Origin: Marsupella aquatica
Lineage: Eukaryota; Plantae; Marchantiophyta
Reading direction: 5' to 3'
Assembly (NCBI GenBank): GCA_973895155.1
Contig: OZ316899.1
Location: forward strand, 3,183,455 to 3,247,454
DNA: 64,000 nucleotides
Below are positions 23,944-37,499 of this stretch, piece by piece. The translations under genes were made by a program, and so were the position numbers. The notes beneath the pieces are model-generated. The model searched no databases. It saw only the letters and a program-made list of their open reading frames with translations, and was not told the origin of the DNA. Every line of letters starts with the position of its first letter. Within the stretch, counting starts at the first letter, position 1.

Positions 23944-23959
23944 CACTAGTAGAAAACAA

Positions 23960-24700
23960 GGTTGTTTATGACCACAAAAATGACTATACAAATGGTCTTT
24001 TCAACAAAATAACGACGCATTTGTTTTGGTCTTTCCAAACGCGCCACAACGGACATATGGGTCACGGTCCTTTTGGAAAAATGACGCAAAAAATGTGTGG
24101 TCATTTTGTATAGTCTGAAATGACTAAATTTACAATTTGGTCATAAATGGTGAATGGTCCGAAATGACCATAAAACCACCGTTGATGATCAATTGCCGTT
24201 CACCGTCGACGGTCTCCGTACCCAATTATATAATTCCACATGGCAATTAAAGAAGGAAGATCATTCGTCATTTAGGACTTGTCCAAAATGACGTACAATA
24301 TGTAACAAATCAAATAATGACATGTGGCTCAAAGGGTATTCACCACGAGGCAAGAAGGTTAGGTCATTTAAGACTTGTCCAAAATGACTACATTGTAGAT
24401 TAGTGATATTGGAACACGTGATCCAATTGGGAGATGACACGTAAAATACACATTAGTCATTAATGACATGTCTTCAATGACTTGAAAGTAGTCATATTGG
24501 ACACAATTATATATGTCCATAATGACCATGAGATCGGTCATTTTAGATGTCATTTTTGGGTCATTAAAGTTATGTATTTAATGACTTGAGTCAAGTCATA
24601 TTGGACACAAATGTAAATGTTCATAATGACCATTAGATCAGTCAATTTATATGTCATTCAGGTCATGTATTCAATGACTTAGGGTGGTCTTATTAGACAG
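23960..24700. repeat. CACTA left subterminal repeat field (AAATGAC/GTCATT motifs)
   Basis: Dozens of ATGAC/GTCAT motifs in both orientations. Confidence 0.8.
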
Positions 24701-25039
24701 AAATTCATGTCATTTTAAGAGTCATACACTACAAAGTTATTCAATACATTTGCAGAATGAAACCCTAAAGAGACATTCTATACCTTACAAATCCAATTGA
24801 CATGACACATTCTTCAATCCTGCAATAGTTATTCAACTCAATGCAAATGCAAGCAAATAATCAAATGCAAGTGTGATTAAGTTTTTTTCAATGTCATTTC
24901 AATGACAAGCAAAATGACATTGAAAAAAAGCATACACATGTTATTATTAGATATATTGTCAAGTGCTACAATCTGAAATACCAACAACTCTTAATGTTTG
25001 TAGAAAAATAGAGTTGTCATTCTCATTCTACAAAACCTA

Positions 25040-27893
25040 CTTCTATCATGTCTATCGCTTCTTGGCCCATGGCTGCTTCTATTGCTACTTGAGCAATCTA
25101 GAGTTCCACAGGGCATTCATCCCCTTCACATCAGATAACTTAGACTGGTTCTCCCTTGCATTAGCAAATGGCAATGCCACATCTACAAACACTTCAATCA
25201 CACGCACTCACAAGAAAGGGCTTTCAAAATCTGAACAATGGAACTTATCTTCTCCTGGCAGCCCTATCACCTCACCTTCTGCCACTATCATGGAATTGTC
25301 CACAACACTCTTCATCTTCACCAAATCTCCTCTTGCAAACTGTGAACAACACATTTTGTTAAAAATGCAATATGCACAAATTGAAAGATACAATTTGTGA
25401 ACACTCAAATCTAACACTCAAATCTAACACTCATATCTAACAACACTTTTACCTTTGCAATGGGGTTAGGAGACTGAATGAGTTTCTTCTGTGCAGGTGA
25501 TGCATTTGCTGAAGATCCTTTCTTCCTTTTCTTGAACTTTCCCCTTCTAGTTGATGGAGTGTCATCCTGTTCACTTAAGCAGGAGTATCTTTTGGCAACT
25601 CAGATGATTCTGGGGTTTTATCTGGTGTCAACTCAATTGGCTTATCCTTTGGCAACTGAAAGGCATCTGAAATGGCATCTTTGGGCAACTCAAATGGCAA
25701 TAGTTTCACTTCCAATTCATTTTGCTTCAGAATACTGTTAGCTGTGTCAGTTGGATTTCCCTGCGACACAGGAGGCTCCCCTAAAGATGTTGTCATAAAA
25801 CACACACAAGAGAAATGCATAAACAAACATGTATACACCAACAACATATAATCACACTAGAACATGCAAGAACATTATAAACATATAATGACATATATAC
25901 ACCACAATAATTACATTGAATGGACAGTGAATAGATGATAGAGAATTTTACCTCCATTATCACCTGAAAAAGTAAGAGATCGTTTTCTACTACCTTCTTT
26001 GGTAGCTGTAGTCATTTTACTGTGACTAGGAACAAATGTTGGAACTTGTGCATTACTGGAGTGATTTGCCATCCATATAGTCATCATGTTTGTCAACTCC
26101 TTCACAGTGCCTTTCAACTCATCGACATCCAATTTGACAGCCCCAATGGCAGTGATCTTTTGTTTTGAATGTGGGGTCTGTAAATGAACCACAAACCAAC
26201 ACAACATTCTCACTGTCAAACTAACAAACGACACAACACTCTATCAAATGGAAAATGATGTATAAATCAGATTGGAATGGCAATACTCACAGCTGATCCA
26301 TGTCTGTATCCTCGCCCCAGTAAGCTAGCACTTTTACCCTCCCCACTTGCCAATGACGGACTCACCTTTGCTCCAAAAAAACTACCAGTCTGACCTTCTG
26401 CACTTGCCAATGATGGGCTCATTGTCACCTTTGGCAATGAACCCTGACTACCAAGGTTTTCTTTCAGGTCAGATATACCTGGGCTTGATCCTCTCTTCTG
26501 CTTGTGTTCAAACACACAATGAATGAGAAACACAGAGTCTGTTTTCATCAAGATTCACAAACAAGACAAAATTGATAGTGAAAATGATATAGACAGTTTA
26601 CCATTCTCTTTGCTATTGCAACATGCCCTCCTCTACCAAAGTGACTGGTATCTTGCACTCGTGCTCTTTTATCAGTCATCTGTTTACTCAAAGATATCAA
26701 TGTTGGACTAGTGAAATGAGATACCAAAGCTGCCCATTTCTTTGGATCAACACCAGATGGTCTAGGTTTGGTTGGATCCTCATTGCAAACTTTCTTCCAG
26801 TAAACATGCATTTTATGGCGCTCTCTCTTCAATATGCCACGATGATGACTCTGGAATTTGTTGTCAATAAATTCCCCACCCACATACTTCCACTCAGCTG
26901 CCATGTTATTCCACACATTGGTTATATGAACTCGTGGATGATCAGTCCATTTTGGCTTTGATACATCAAAGACTCTGAGTACATTGCCACGAAGTTCCTC
27001 CAGCCAGTACTGTTTTTTGGGATCAGAATCATCAATATCATTGTCATAAATGTGCATTTCACATGCAATGTCAATTCATAACTCTGGAATTTATGCATAG
27101 TCCAGGTTTTATACACACAATAACAGAGAGGATCTATGTCTAAATCTACATTCAAAAAAAGTACAATACTCACTTTAGTGTGTTTGGGCAAATCTCCCTG
27201 ATTCCTTCGTACTTTGGCAGCATTATCAAACATCTTCTTAGCATGCCTTCGTTCCCTGCGCATCTCAGAGCCCCCGCCTGCAATGCACACACATGCTTTC
27301 AATCAGAAAATATGTACATTGAAAAGTTGAGCAAATGCACTTGCATATGCATGACGAGCAGATTTGTATTACCTAAAGATCCTCTAGAATGTAGTACGTC
27401 ACATTGACCTGATCTGCCTTCAAATGCTGATGGAACCACTAAACAAACACACAACACCAAGCACTTCAATGAATTTTAGGAAAATGTAGAATATCAACTT
27501 CCAAACACACTGAAAAGGTATATCAGTACAATCCCTCACTTTCATATAACAGTCCAGTGTCTGGGGCTTTCCAACATCTCACCAGCCCACCTCCACCAGG
27601 CCCAGTCTTCTTAGGACCACGATTTTGTTTTTGTACCTACATCATGGACAACGTAGGCATATTAACATATACTTTGAAACAAGGACAAGGATTTAGGGTT
27701 TAGGATGATGAAGTTCAAGCATTACCTGCTGTTCACTCTCAGGATCTGACCCTCCAATGTCAGAATCCTCAGTGTCATACCCAGCACTGGCATAGCCATC
27801 ATCACCAGACTCTGCCATATTCACCTTGGTAACTTGTGATAGTCTAGAGCTCCTCCTCTTTGGCAATGTTCCAGTTGAAGTACCTTTCACCAA
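25040..27893 (-). pseudogene. CACTA TnpA-like (Ptta/En/Spm-type) multi-exon gene
   Basis: ORF 26548..27057 RPSGVDPKKWAALVSHFTSP...RARVQDTSHFGRGG resembles the Ptta/En/Spm domain. Further exon-like ORFs at 27693..27893, 26267..26551, 25911..26234, 25575..25847 and 25208..25417. Exon boundaries not fully resolved. Confidence 0.65.
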
Positions 27894-28369
27894 TGCAGGC
27901 TTTTCTCTCTATCGTTGTACATGTGTGGTTGGGCCTCTAAGGAACAATTAAAGCAATCATCAACATACACCAATGCAGATCAAACATACATGCAAGCAGA
28001 ATCTATAACACAGTAACAATGGTACTTATGTACAGGATCCATACTAGTATGAGACCAATCTGGTATATGCAAACAGAACATGAACCTGACAACTCCATAT
28101 ATCTACTGAATCAAATTTGCAACAGACATATTAACACACACATCAGCATGTAGTCTGGCCCCAGTCCTAGATCACGCATAATGCTGACATTATGCTCTAT
28201 GTTCCGCTTTCAGGCCTCCTCATAAGCATTCACAGGATGTGACAACCCCTACAATCTTCCTTTCACAGGCTGCATTCACCAACTACACAAATGGGCAAAA
28301 CATTAGTCTGATTTCATATATAGTCCATACATGTAGTCCATCTATGGACTTCACACACCTAAAACCTAT

Positions 28370-31300
28370 TCACTGCTTAGGCCCACCCTTTCTTGCAGAT
28401 CCCTCTGTATCTCTGCCTCGTTTGGGACGGTCAGTACTTGGTCCTGGATTTGCTCTAGTCCTACAGGCTTCAGCCAATTCAATGTGTAATTTGGCATTGT
28501 TTTCCATTGTAGCATGGAAATCAACATCTGTGTAATCACCTAACACCCTTGTGGACCTGGATTCTTTGTGGAGGATTGTTCTCCATGCTATCCCCTTCTC
28601 ATTGGGGTGGAAGAAAACCTGCTCCACTTGCTTTGGGAAAACATAATCCATTTTCTTGGACACACCCAGTTCTCTATGGAAATTCACCTGCCAAAGACCA
28701 GACTCAGAATACCTCATACTGGCAGAGGATTTAGGAGTCCATGATGGATCTGCCCATTTCCCTTTGAAAAGAATCACCTCTTTCCTCAAGCTGCCGTAAT
28801 TCAGTACCAAGATATCTGTCAAGGCCCCTACATACTGTATAGATTCTTCTCTAGTTGCGCCAAACTTGTCCACTCGCTTCTCAGTGAATGTCGAAGCCAT
28901 CCCAGAATCAAAAGTGCTGAATGCACAAGAATCACAATCACTCAAACACCGCAAGGATGGAATAGTCCTCCAGTGATGCCCATAGGCTCTACATGCCCTA
29001 TATAGTTGTGCCTTCAAACTAGGTGGTGTGGAGTATGCAAATAGTAATGACCGCTTAGACTCTGTCTCAAAATTATGGGTATTGACCAATGTTTGAAACC
29101 ATTCCCTGAAAGGTGGCAGTTCTTGGCAGTCAAGGGGAAATTCCACTGGTTTTCTTCAATTGGTAGGCTTCCTCATCCATTCCTTCCAGAAATCCACTCT
29201 TTGTTTGGTAACAGTCTCATTGGTAGCATCATATATCCTACATGGCAACAACAACACTCAAGACATTAGTGCACAATCGACCATGAATATACAAAAACAA
29301 TGGGGCAACATAATTATGATCCATATGGTACAGGGTTTACATACCTGTACCATGGAGCCACTGTCTCTTCATTCTCCAATATATAATGATGCATGGCCAT
29401 CATTTCAAACCAATTCAAAGTTATCTCCTTTGCAGCCCCTTCCAATACAATGCTTGCAACGCCAGCATCCTCCTCCAACTCCCAGGTTCATTTTCCCTCT
29501 CCCTTAGCATCAATCATGTATTCAAAAAGGAAACCCAAAGACTCATCTAATACATAGCCTTCAGCCATAGAAGCCTCTGGACGTGCCTTGTTTCGTACAT
29601 AACCCTTCAATACCTTCAGGTTCCTCTCTATTGCGTACATCCATCTGCCTGTAACTGGGCCACACAAGTCTAATTCCTCCACTAGGTAAATCATTAAATG
29701 GGTCATGACATCAAAGAAGCTTGGTGGAAAATGGATTTCCACAATGCAGAGAGTGAATGCAACATCCATCATCAAATTCTCATACATTGAAGGGTCCCAC
29801 ACCTTCGTACAGATCTGGCGATAGATATTGCTCATCCCAGCTATGGCCAAGCAAACCCCTTCATCAAGTAATCCCATTGTTGCCAAAGGGAGAATCTGTT
29901 GCATAAGTTGGTGGAAATCATGTGATTTCAACCTAGAGAGTTTCTTGGATTTTGTAACACACTTTGCCAAAGAACTTGAAAAACCAGTGGGCCCTTTCAA
30001 GGTCAACAACACCTCCAGGAACCTTGTTATTTCCTTCTTGCTCAGGCAATATGGGGCTGGGGCATCCACAATTTGTCACCATTACGCTTGGGAGCTGGAT
30101 TGGGTACAAGCCATAGGTGTTGGCGCACCTGTAAGAGCTTCATGTCTTCTCGCACAGAAGGAGTGTCCTTGGTCCCAATGATAGTGTGCACAATGTTGTG
30201 TGCAAGATTCTTCTCACAGTGCATGGGATCTAGACAATGGTTAATGAGTAATTTCTGCAATGGACACACAATTCAAAAATTAGGGCATTGAATACAACAA
30301 TTACAATATCTGGGCTACAGGAAGTAAAAACATTTCAAACTCATATGAAGAGATTGCAGAAAGTCATTGTAGTGGTATGGAGTCTTACGTTCCAATAGGG
30401 CAACTTGTACAAACCAGTAGCCCTCTTCACTCCATGCACCTTTATGGGGCAGCTCTCATCCTCAACCTTGGTTCCTACCTTCTTCAAATATTCTGTTGTC
30501 TCATCTCCCCACTTCTGTCTATCAGAGCTTGACATTCTACACGGTGCAGGTCGGCTCTCAATTGCACCATCAAAGTATTGTGCAGTGTCTGGTCTACGAA
30601 AGAGATGCCTTGCTGCTAACCATCAATGGTGGCCATTGTACTCTAATTTCTGCAAGTGCTTAGAACCACATGCCACACATGTTGGCCCACATATGACACA
30701 TCCTTTGTATCCAGCGTGTTGCTGTCCAGATATTAAACCATATGCAGGGTAATCATTGATTGTCCACAATAGCACAGCCCTTAGGTTGAAGTGTTGCGAA
30801 AATCCTAGGCGTGGCAATTTGTCAAAGCAGGGCACTCCTTTTGTCCACAACAGCTTCAGCTCATCATAGAATGGGCCCAATATTATGTCCAGCTGTTCCT
30901 CTATTACTGAATCAGGGCCTGGAATCAGCATAGCTAGCATGACAAAGAACTTCTTGGTGGTAAGCCAAGGAGGTAAGTTGTAATTCAACAACAGGATTGG
31001 CCAGGTAGACCAAGCTGTGGAATTATTCCCGAAGGGATTCACCCCATCAAGCGCCAACCCAAATCGCACATTCTTTGGTTCAGTTGCAAATTTCCGATCA
31101 ATATTTGTATCCACATGCTTCCAAGCCTTGGAATCTGCTGCATGACAAACCATGTTGTCTGTGCTTCTATTCTCATGATGCCAAGTCATGAGTTTAGATG
31201 TACCAGCAGTGGCATACAATCGCTTCAACCTTGGAATTATACGGAAATACTGCACCACCTTCCTTGCCTGTAATGAATTCCCCACTCTCTTCATCTTGGG

Positions 31301-32253
31301 CTGTTGACACACTGAACAGTTTTCTAACTTGGCATTCTCACCCCTAAAGAGCATGCAACCTTTCTCACAAATAGGGATTCTCTCATAATCCAAGCCAAAC
31401 TTTCTCAATAGCTGCTTTGTAGCATATAAGTTCTCGGGCAGATTATGCTCTGTAGGCATACCATGCTCCCCCATCAAAGCCAACAATGCATTCACTCCTT
31501 TGTTTGAGAATCCATGGCCCCGACAGATGTTCAACAGAAGCAACATGAATGACACAACATCTATTTTGCTGCCTGGGAACAAAGGTTGCATTGCTTCATC
31601 TAAAGATAACTGTGCAGGATCAGTCTCCACAAGAGTTTGGGAGGTTTCAAGGGGCTGTACAGGATGGGCACCGCCTTCACTCTCATCATCCCCAAGTACA
31701 TAATCCAAATCAAAACGGTCCCTAATCATCTAGTTCATGCTCAGGGGATTCTTCACTGTCTGGTTCTCAGCAACATTTCTTCAAGTAGAGCCCTGACATG
31801 TTCTTCAACATCTATAGTTGGATGTTCTTGAACATCCACAGTTGGATACTCTGGAACATCTACAAATAGCGGTTCTTCAACATCTACAATTGGCTGTTTT
31901 GCACAGGTTGCCTGGTGAAGGTTTGCTAACCTCAATGCCTCAGGGCCATGTTGTGACATGTAGTCAGCACCCCACTCTTCATCAGAAGAGTCCTGTCCCT
32001 CTCCCACCCACACTCGACATGCAGGGTACCGACCATGTTTAATAAGGTGCAGTCTAGCAGTATTCTGATTAGTCCTATAATTCCCTTTGCAGTTCACACA
32101 AGGGCAGTACATCTTATGGTCCCCACTCTTGTGGCAGGCCTTCTGTTCTCGAACCCACAAAGCATCATCACGATGTTGTAATCTAGCTGGATGGAAGAGC
32201 AGCAACTTTGGAGTTCTACCCACACCTAACCTATTATGTGGCAATTGTGCCAT
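28370..32253 (-). pseudogene. CACTA TnpD/Tnp2 transposase (transposase-associated domain, Transposase_21, DUF4218-, DUF4216-like)
   Basis: CPCVNCKG...HLIKHG; DSKAWKHVD...RFGLALDGVNPF...WPILLLNYNLPPW; KSHDFHQLMQ...FPPSFFDVMTHL...WMYAIER; GT-AG intron at 30255-30388. Stops and frameshifts present. Confidence 0.93.
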
Positions 32254-32840
32254 GCTAGCTTGATTGAAATTGTATTCAAACTCTGATTTTCAAACTCAAT
32301 CAGTGTGACATGCATACAAAATTGGGCCTACCGTCACAGTTGTACAACCGATGCCAACCACAGTCCAATTGCTCAAACCCACAGAGCCCAGTTTCTCAAA
32401 TCCACTATAGTGGGGCACCTTCTCCTTCTTGCATACAAATAGAGCATCATAGACAGTGTCATCAGAATGATACTATGAACGTAAATCTCTGTGCCTTCAT
32501 CATTTCCAGTATTTATGAATGTGAGCAGACAGGTCTGGAATGAGTGACGTTTGTGACACCAGTGAAAAATTTACAAGTGAAGTTTAGACTAAACCATTAA
32601 AGGTCTCACATTCAAAGCACATGCATGAAAATCAGAATCCTACCCTAGAACAGATAGTAAAGTTGATTTCTCAAAATTAATTGCCTCAATCCGCAATGCA
32701 CTGTCGTAGAGTGTGTATACACGAGGAGTTCATCAAACTGCATATAAATAGTCCACATGTTTTAGCACTCTGAAAATTGTTTAAGTCCACGTGAAACCAT
32801 CAAAACATCTATCTCATGTTTGTGTTCTATCCAGCCTCAA

Positions 32841-33512
32841 TCAAATCCAAGAAATGTGGCTCCTGGCAAGAGTGCCTAGTGTAGGATCAATGTCATGGTC
32901 AGGACAGTAAAACATCCCCTTCTTGGGCTGCCCATGCGCTGAGTGATCCCAAATTGTTTGATCATGGGCAAATCCCCTCTGCTGGATAAACTGCAGGCAG
33001 TCCTTGTGCCATGCCTTAGGACACCTCATGCACTAAACCAAAAAGCCATTAGCCTCATCATTGGGCCCCTGTCCACAAGTGTAACAAATACGGAGTCCAC
33101 ATGATGTTGTGCTAGGAACCAAACACTGTCGACAGTAAAACCGGGCACAGAGAGGGTCTGGACGTTTTCTTACCTCTTCACCAATTTTTCCAGACACATG
33201 GCACTTAAAGCAAGAATGTTCCTCATTCTTGTAGTCAACACAAAGCCATTCTCCAACATGGCCATCAGCCAGGGATATAGTTGGGCATAGCCATTGCTGA
33301 CCCAAAGGACAGGAAACATTCTTATGGAAATGTCGGTGGCAAGGCCCATCACAAACAATGAGATCCCCTCCCTCATCACAAATTGCACATACATGTGGAC
33401 TATTTTGGTAAATCTCAATGTCTGAGTATAAGGACAATTGAGGTGCTTGAGAGGATTCACCTCTGCAACAATTCATGACCTTCTGCTTATTGCGAGCCAT
33501 GGTCCTGCACAC
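32841..33512 (-). pseudogene. EDM2-like multi-PHD finger module inside the CACTA element
   Basis: CAICDEGGDLIVCDGPCHRHFH...HSCFKC...CARFY...CYTCGQG...V*CMRCPKAWHKDCL...WD...FYCPDHDIDPTLGTLARSHI follows the order and spacing of the EDM2 PHD region. The two track ORFs share a frame and are separated by one TAG (33033-33035). Confidence 0.8.
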
Positions 33513-36169
33513 TCAGACCCTACATCAGATTGTGAAACAAGAAGGAATAACAAGGTGGACCATGACACAAAAGAATGAGGTGCAACACAAACCAATGCTT
33601 TATGGATGGCAAAGCACTAGGACTGAGCAGCGCAAATAACCTTGGCCTATGATTGGAAGCAATCACAAATATTGCAACCTATATGCCTTTGCCTGCTGTC
33701 CAGCAGTGCTCACTCACCCTGCCTTTTTAAAATCTGTAAGGGCAACACAGAACAAATAGCAATTGAGTCTCAGCAAAGCATTGGTTCTCAAGTTTTAAAA
33801 TGGACAGACTTGTTTCATTGCCTGCCTTGTGCGCAGCAGGCTAAGACTGATCAGGGCAAACAAAGCAAACACAACAATGTGCACAACAAAGCGCAGAGAG
33901 CAACAAAACTCCAGCAAACTGGGACTCAGGCAAGAGATACGACCATTAAAGGTGACACACACTTCCCCAAAGGTCAAAAGCCTTCTACATCTTAAGGTGC
34001 TGGACACATCTGTTATAGAACCGTAAGTTATTGTACTCTCAACAAGCTTTCTCCTTGTGAGGTCGTTTAAACCATCCTAGACTGTTATCTGATCAAGGCA
34101 GTCTATTCACTCAACAACAAACTTTTAGCGACTGCTGTCAGTTGCCAACGCTTGATTCTCATGTTTTAAGCTCCAATCGCTGCGCATAAGAAACTCAGAA
34201 GTACAATGAACTTTCTAATGCAACAATGTGCTATTAACAGGACGCGATGGATCGAGAGAACTGTCTGACACAATGAGAGTGAATTGTTTAAGTACATTCA
34301 TCATATATAATGTCAGATGGTACATAGCAATTAAGGCAGCGAATAGTCCATGTATTTTTAACTTGAATTTTGGATTCAAGTAGTGAGAGCTCTAAATTTA
34401 TATATTCAAGTAGTGAGAGCTACAAATTTAAATTTGCTGGGACAGTTTTCCAGTTTTGGATCTTGCTGCACTTTATATACAGCAGCAACCTGAGCTCCAT
34501 GACAAAACCCACCCACAAGCTGAAGCCTCTGGACAGAGACAAGAAAATCTGTGAAAGAAAGTAGAGCGCAACAAAGATCCAACATATATACGCAGATTTT
34601 TGACAGTGGCATTAGCAATGCACAAAATGATAGAATAGAGGGAATAGAAACAAGCAAGCGTAAACTGTCCTCTCCACAGTAGGGGGATGAGTGAGTGTTC
34701 TCAACCAAAAAAGAGAAAAGAAAGGGCTATGATACAGAGGGATGTCAAAAGAAGAGTAAGGAAACCAATTGATTGAGGAACACAGACAGACTAAGGAAAA
34801 CATCATACAATGGAAAACTAAGGACTACATTGTAATAATAAGAGATCAAGCTCACCTTGCACCACAAAGATTGTCACGAGTCACCTCGCAGTTCCTCACA
34901 GCTTAGGTCCAAGATGAAATTTCAATATGGAGGAAAGGAGTTTACTCATTTAAAACAGAGAAGGAGTGGCATCTACAGGGACTTTGGCAGCACACTCAAA
35001 AGGTTGGCGATACATCAGGTTATCTTTCTAGGTCAGACACTGCCAATAGAATTTTGAACACAAGGGTACGGCATCCTGATTTGCCTAAACTCAATCAACT
35101 TAATAGCATATTTTTATGTTCAATTAGGCAGCACTAAATAGTCCAGCCTTTCATGCAGTTAGAATAATTGGCAATAATTGCCAGACGACAACAAGACAAC
35201 AAACTGAACTGAACATAATAGACAAAACAAACTGCACTCAACAGCAGACAAATCCGGCAAGTAGCAATCAGAAATCAACAGCAGATAGACAGAGGACAAC
35301 TCGGTCAGAACTCGGGCACTTGATTTAGTTGTGGTAAATAGGAGAAAGCTAAGAAATAGAGAGAGCAAGCAAGAACAATACGTTAGCAGAGCAAGAGCAA
35401 GCAAGAGCAATACGTTAGCAGACAAGCAAGAGCAATACGTTAGCAGACTCCAGAAAAATCATCTCTTGAGATTGAGGAGAAAGGCATTCCCCGGCCAGCT
35501 TACCTATGTCTTGAAAAATGTCTCGGACATCGTGGACGCTGGGCCTCAGCTGCTGGCCGCAAGGGAAGATTTTGCCAAAACAAACAATAAAGCTCAAAGA
35601 TACTTAAATTTCTTAGGTCTTTCTAAACGGGGACTGAATCAGCAATTAGAACCAGTAAACCCTGATCTTGGGCAGGCAGAGAGAGAAGACTCCGCGCCTA
35701 ATACTTATGTCTACCCGAATTTTACTGGGACATATGAGCATTGGGATGTCATTGCAAAGCAGAATTTTGTAGCAATGGAAGGAATCAGCATAGATAGCAG
35801 TGGAAGGTCGCAATGGAGCTAGCATGGGACAGGGAAGGAAATGCAGGCACTTGTGATGCAAAAGGCTACAGAGGGCGAGAAGGTGGACAACCAAACTCAA
35901 CAAACTCAAAGAACATGTAGCAAATGGCAATAGAATAGAAGATCAGAGAACATGTAGCAAATGGAGAGGGATAGATAGAGAAAAAACATAAGCAAAGAGC
36001 TCTGGCACACAGCAACAAAGGTCCCAACACAACACATTGCAGGTCCCAGGCTAGGGTGGAGCTGGAAGTGGAGAGCACAGAGCAACCAGGCAAATCACAG
36101 CATGGGCGCCAATGGGAATAAGGTCATACCTTTGAGGCGGAAGCTAGCAGGCCTCAACTTGCACTCTAT

Positions 36170-36810
36170 TGCCTTCCGCAAGTAGCTTGCACTCTCAGCT
36201 TCCGCAATGAGTCGCCCTCTCCCCTTTGGCAAGCAGCTGCTCGACCTCTCCCCTTCCGCAAGCAGCTTGCCTTCTCCCCATCCGCAATCAGGTCACCTCT
36301 CCCCTTCCGCAAGCAGCTTGCACCCACTTAAAGAAACGAATGCTGAGACCAAACAAACAACCGGCTCCCGGTTCAGCACCTGCTCTTTAAACTCCACAAC
36401 CTCTTCAAGAAGCTATCGTTGACCTTCCGCAGCAAGAATGATTTCCTCCTTGCTTTCACTGCCTCCACGAGCTTCCATAGCAATCGCCTCCACAACGATC
36501 GGGGTCCCCAGCGCGCAAATGCCTTCCGCATCCACCTTGCACAGCTTGTTGCCGATCGTAGCTCCTCCCCCGCAGCTCGTGACCCGCAGCTTGTCGCTTG
36601 ACTCTTTCTGATTAAGTTTGGCTCTACGCTACTCAGCCAGCGTAGCTCCTCCCCTCCGCAGCTCCTCAGCCAGCACAGCTCTTCCCTTCCGCAGCTCCAA
36701 CCTCACGCAACTCCTCCCCTCCTGCAACTCCAACCTGTGCTCTTGGGGCAACTCCAACCTGTGCGCAGAAGAGTGTTGCAGCTCCTCCCCTCCTGCAACT
36801 CCAACCTGTG
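36170..36810. repeat. Short degenerate tandem repeats (CCTTCCGCAAGCAGCTTGC; CTCCTGCAACTCCAACCTGTGC)
   Basis: Several visible copies of each motif; these explain the repetitive spurious ORFs here. Confidence 0.75.
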
Positions 36811-37109
36811 CTCCCGGGGCAAATGTGCTCGGAAGAGTGTCGAAGCTTGGTGGAGGCAATGCACAACGCTGCGCAACCCTAAGCCCTTGCAATGTGCACA
36901 CAAAGGCATGCCAAGAAAAGAGCACATCGAGCGTTGCCCTCTCGATGTTTTTTCAGGAAAAAGGGCTCCTGTTGGTACGCGAGAACACTTGAGCGGGAAA
37001 AACCTAATGCCGGACCCCTAAACCCCGTAAAAGTAAGGTATTTCTCCAGATGGGGATGGTGGATATTGTGGGTCATGAATTAGGGTTCTTTTCTGACAAT
37101 CTCTCATAT

Positions 37110-37295
37110 GTCTGGACCCCCCATAAGGCCCTAGGGAAGTTGAGACTAGGTTAATAACAATGTAAACCCCCCCCATAAGGCCCTAGGGAAATACCAACTA
37201 TATAGGGTAATAACAAGGTCTGGACGCCCCCATAAGGCCCTAAGTAGGGAAGGCAAGGTTAATAACTTATAATGTCGCAACCCCCCCATAAGGTC
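37110..37295. repeat. Minisatellite, 4 copies of CCCCCATAAGGCCCTAGGGAA-type unit (~50-60 bp period)
   Basis: Core motif near 37117, 37167, 37227 and 37281. Confidence 0.8.
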
Positions 37296-37499
37296 ATGGC
37301 TGTTTGTGTAGGTGCCAACAAGAATGCTAAGGACCAATGTTATATATAAAAAATCATGCCCGCAATATAAATGGTCATTTTGGACCAAGGGAAAACCTTG
37401 GTTTTCTAACTTGGTGCTCTAGAGTTATGGCTCAAAATCACATTGACCCTAAACCCATAACCCGACCTTCATTTAAACAAATTAATCCTTCATGGGAGG

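Noticed and set aside
37110-37295. Repeat-spacer pattern resembling a CRISPR array
   Set aside because: The spacers are homologous to one another (shared GG(T)TAATAAC), the context is eukaryotic and there are no cas genes. It is a degenerate minisatellite.
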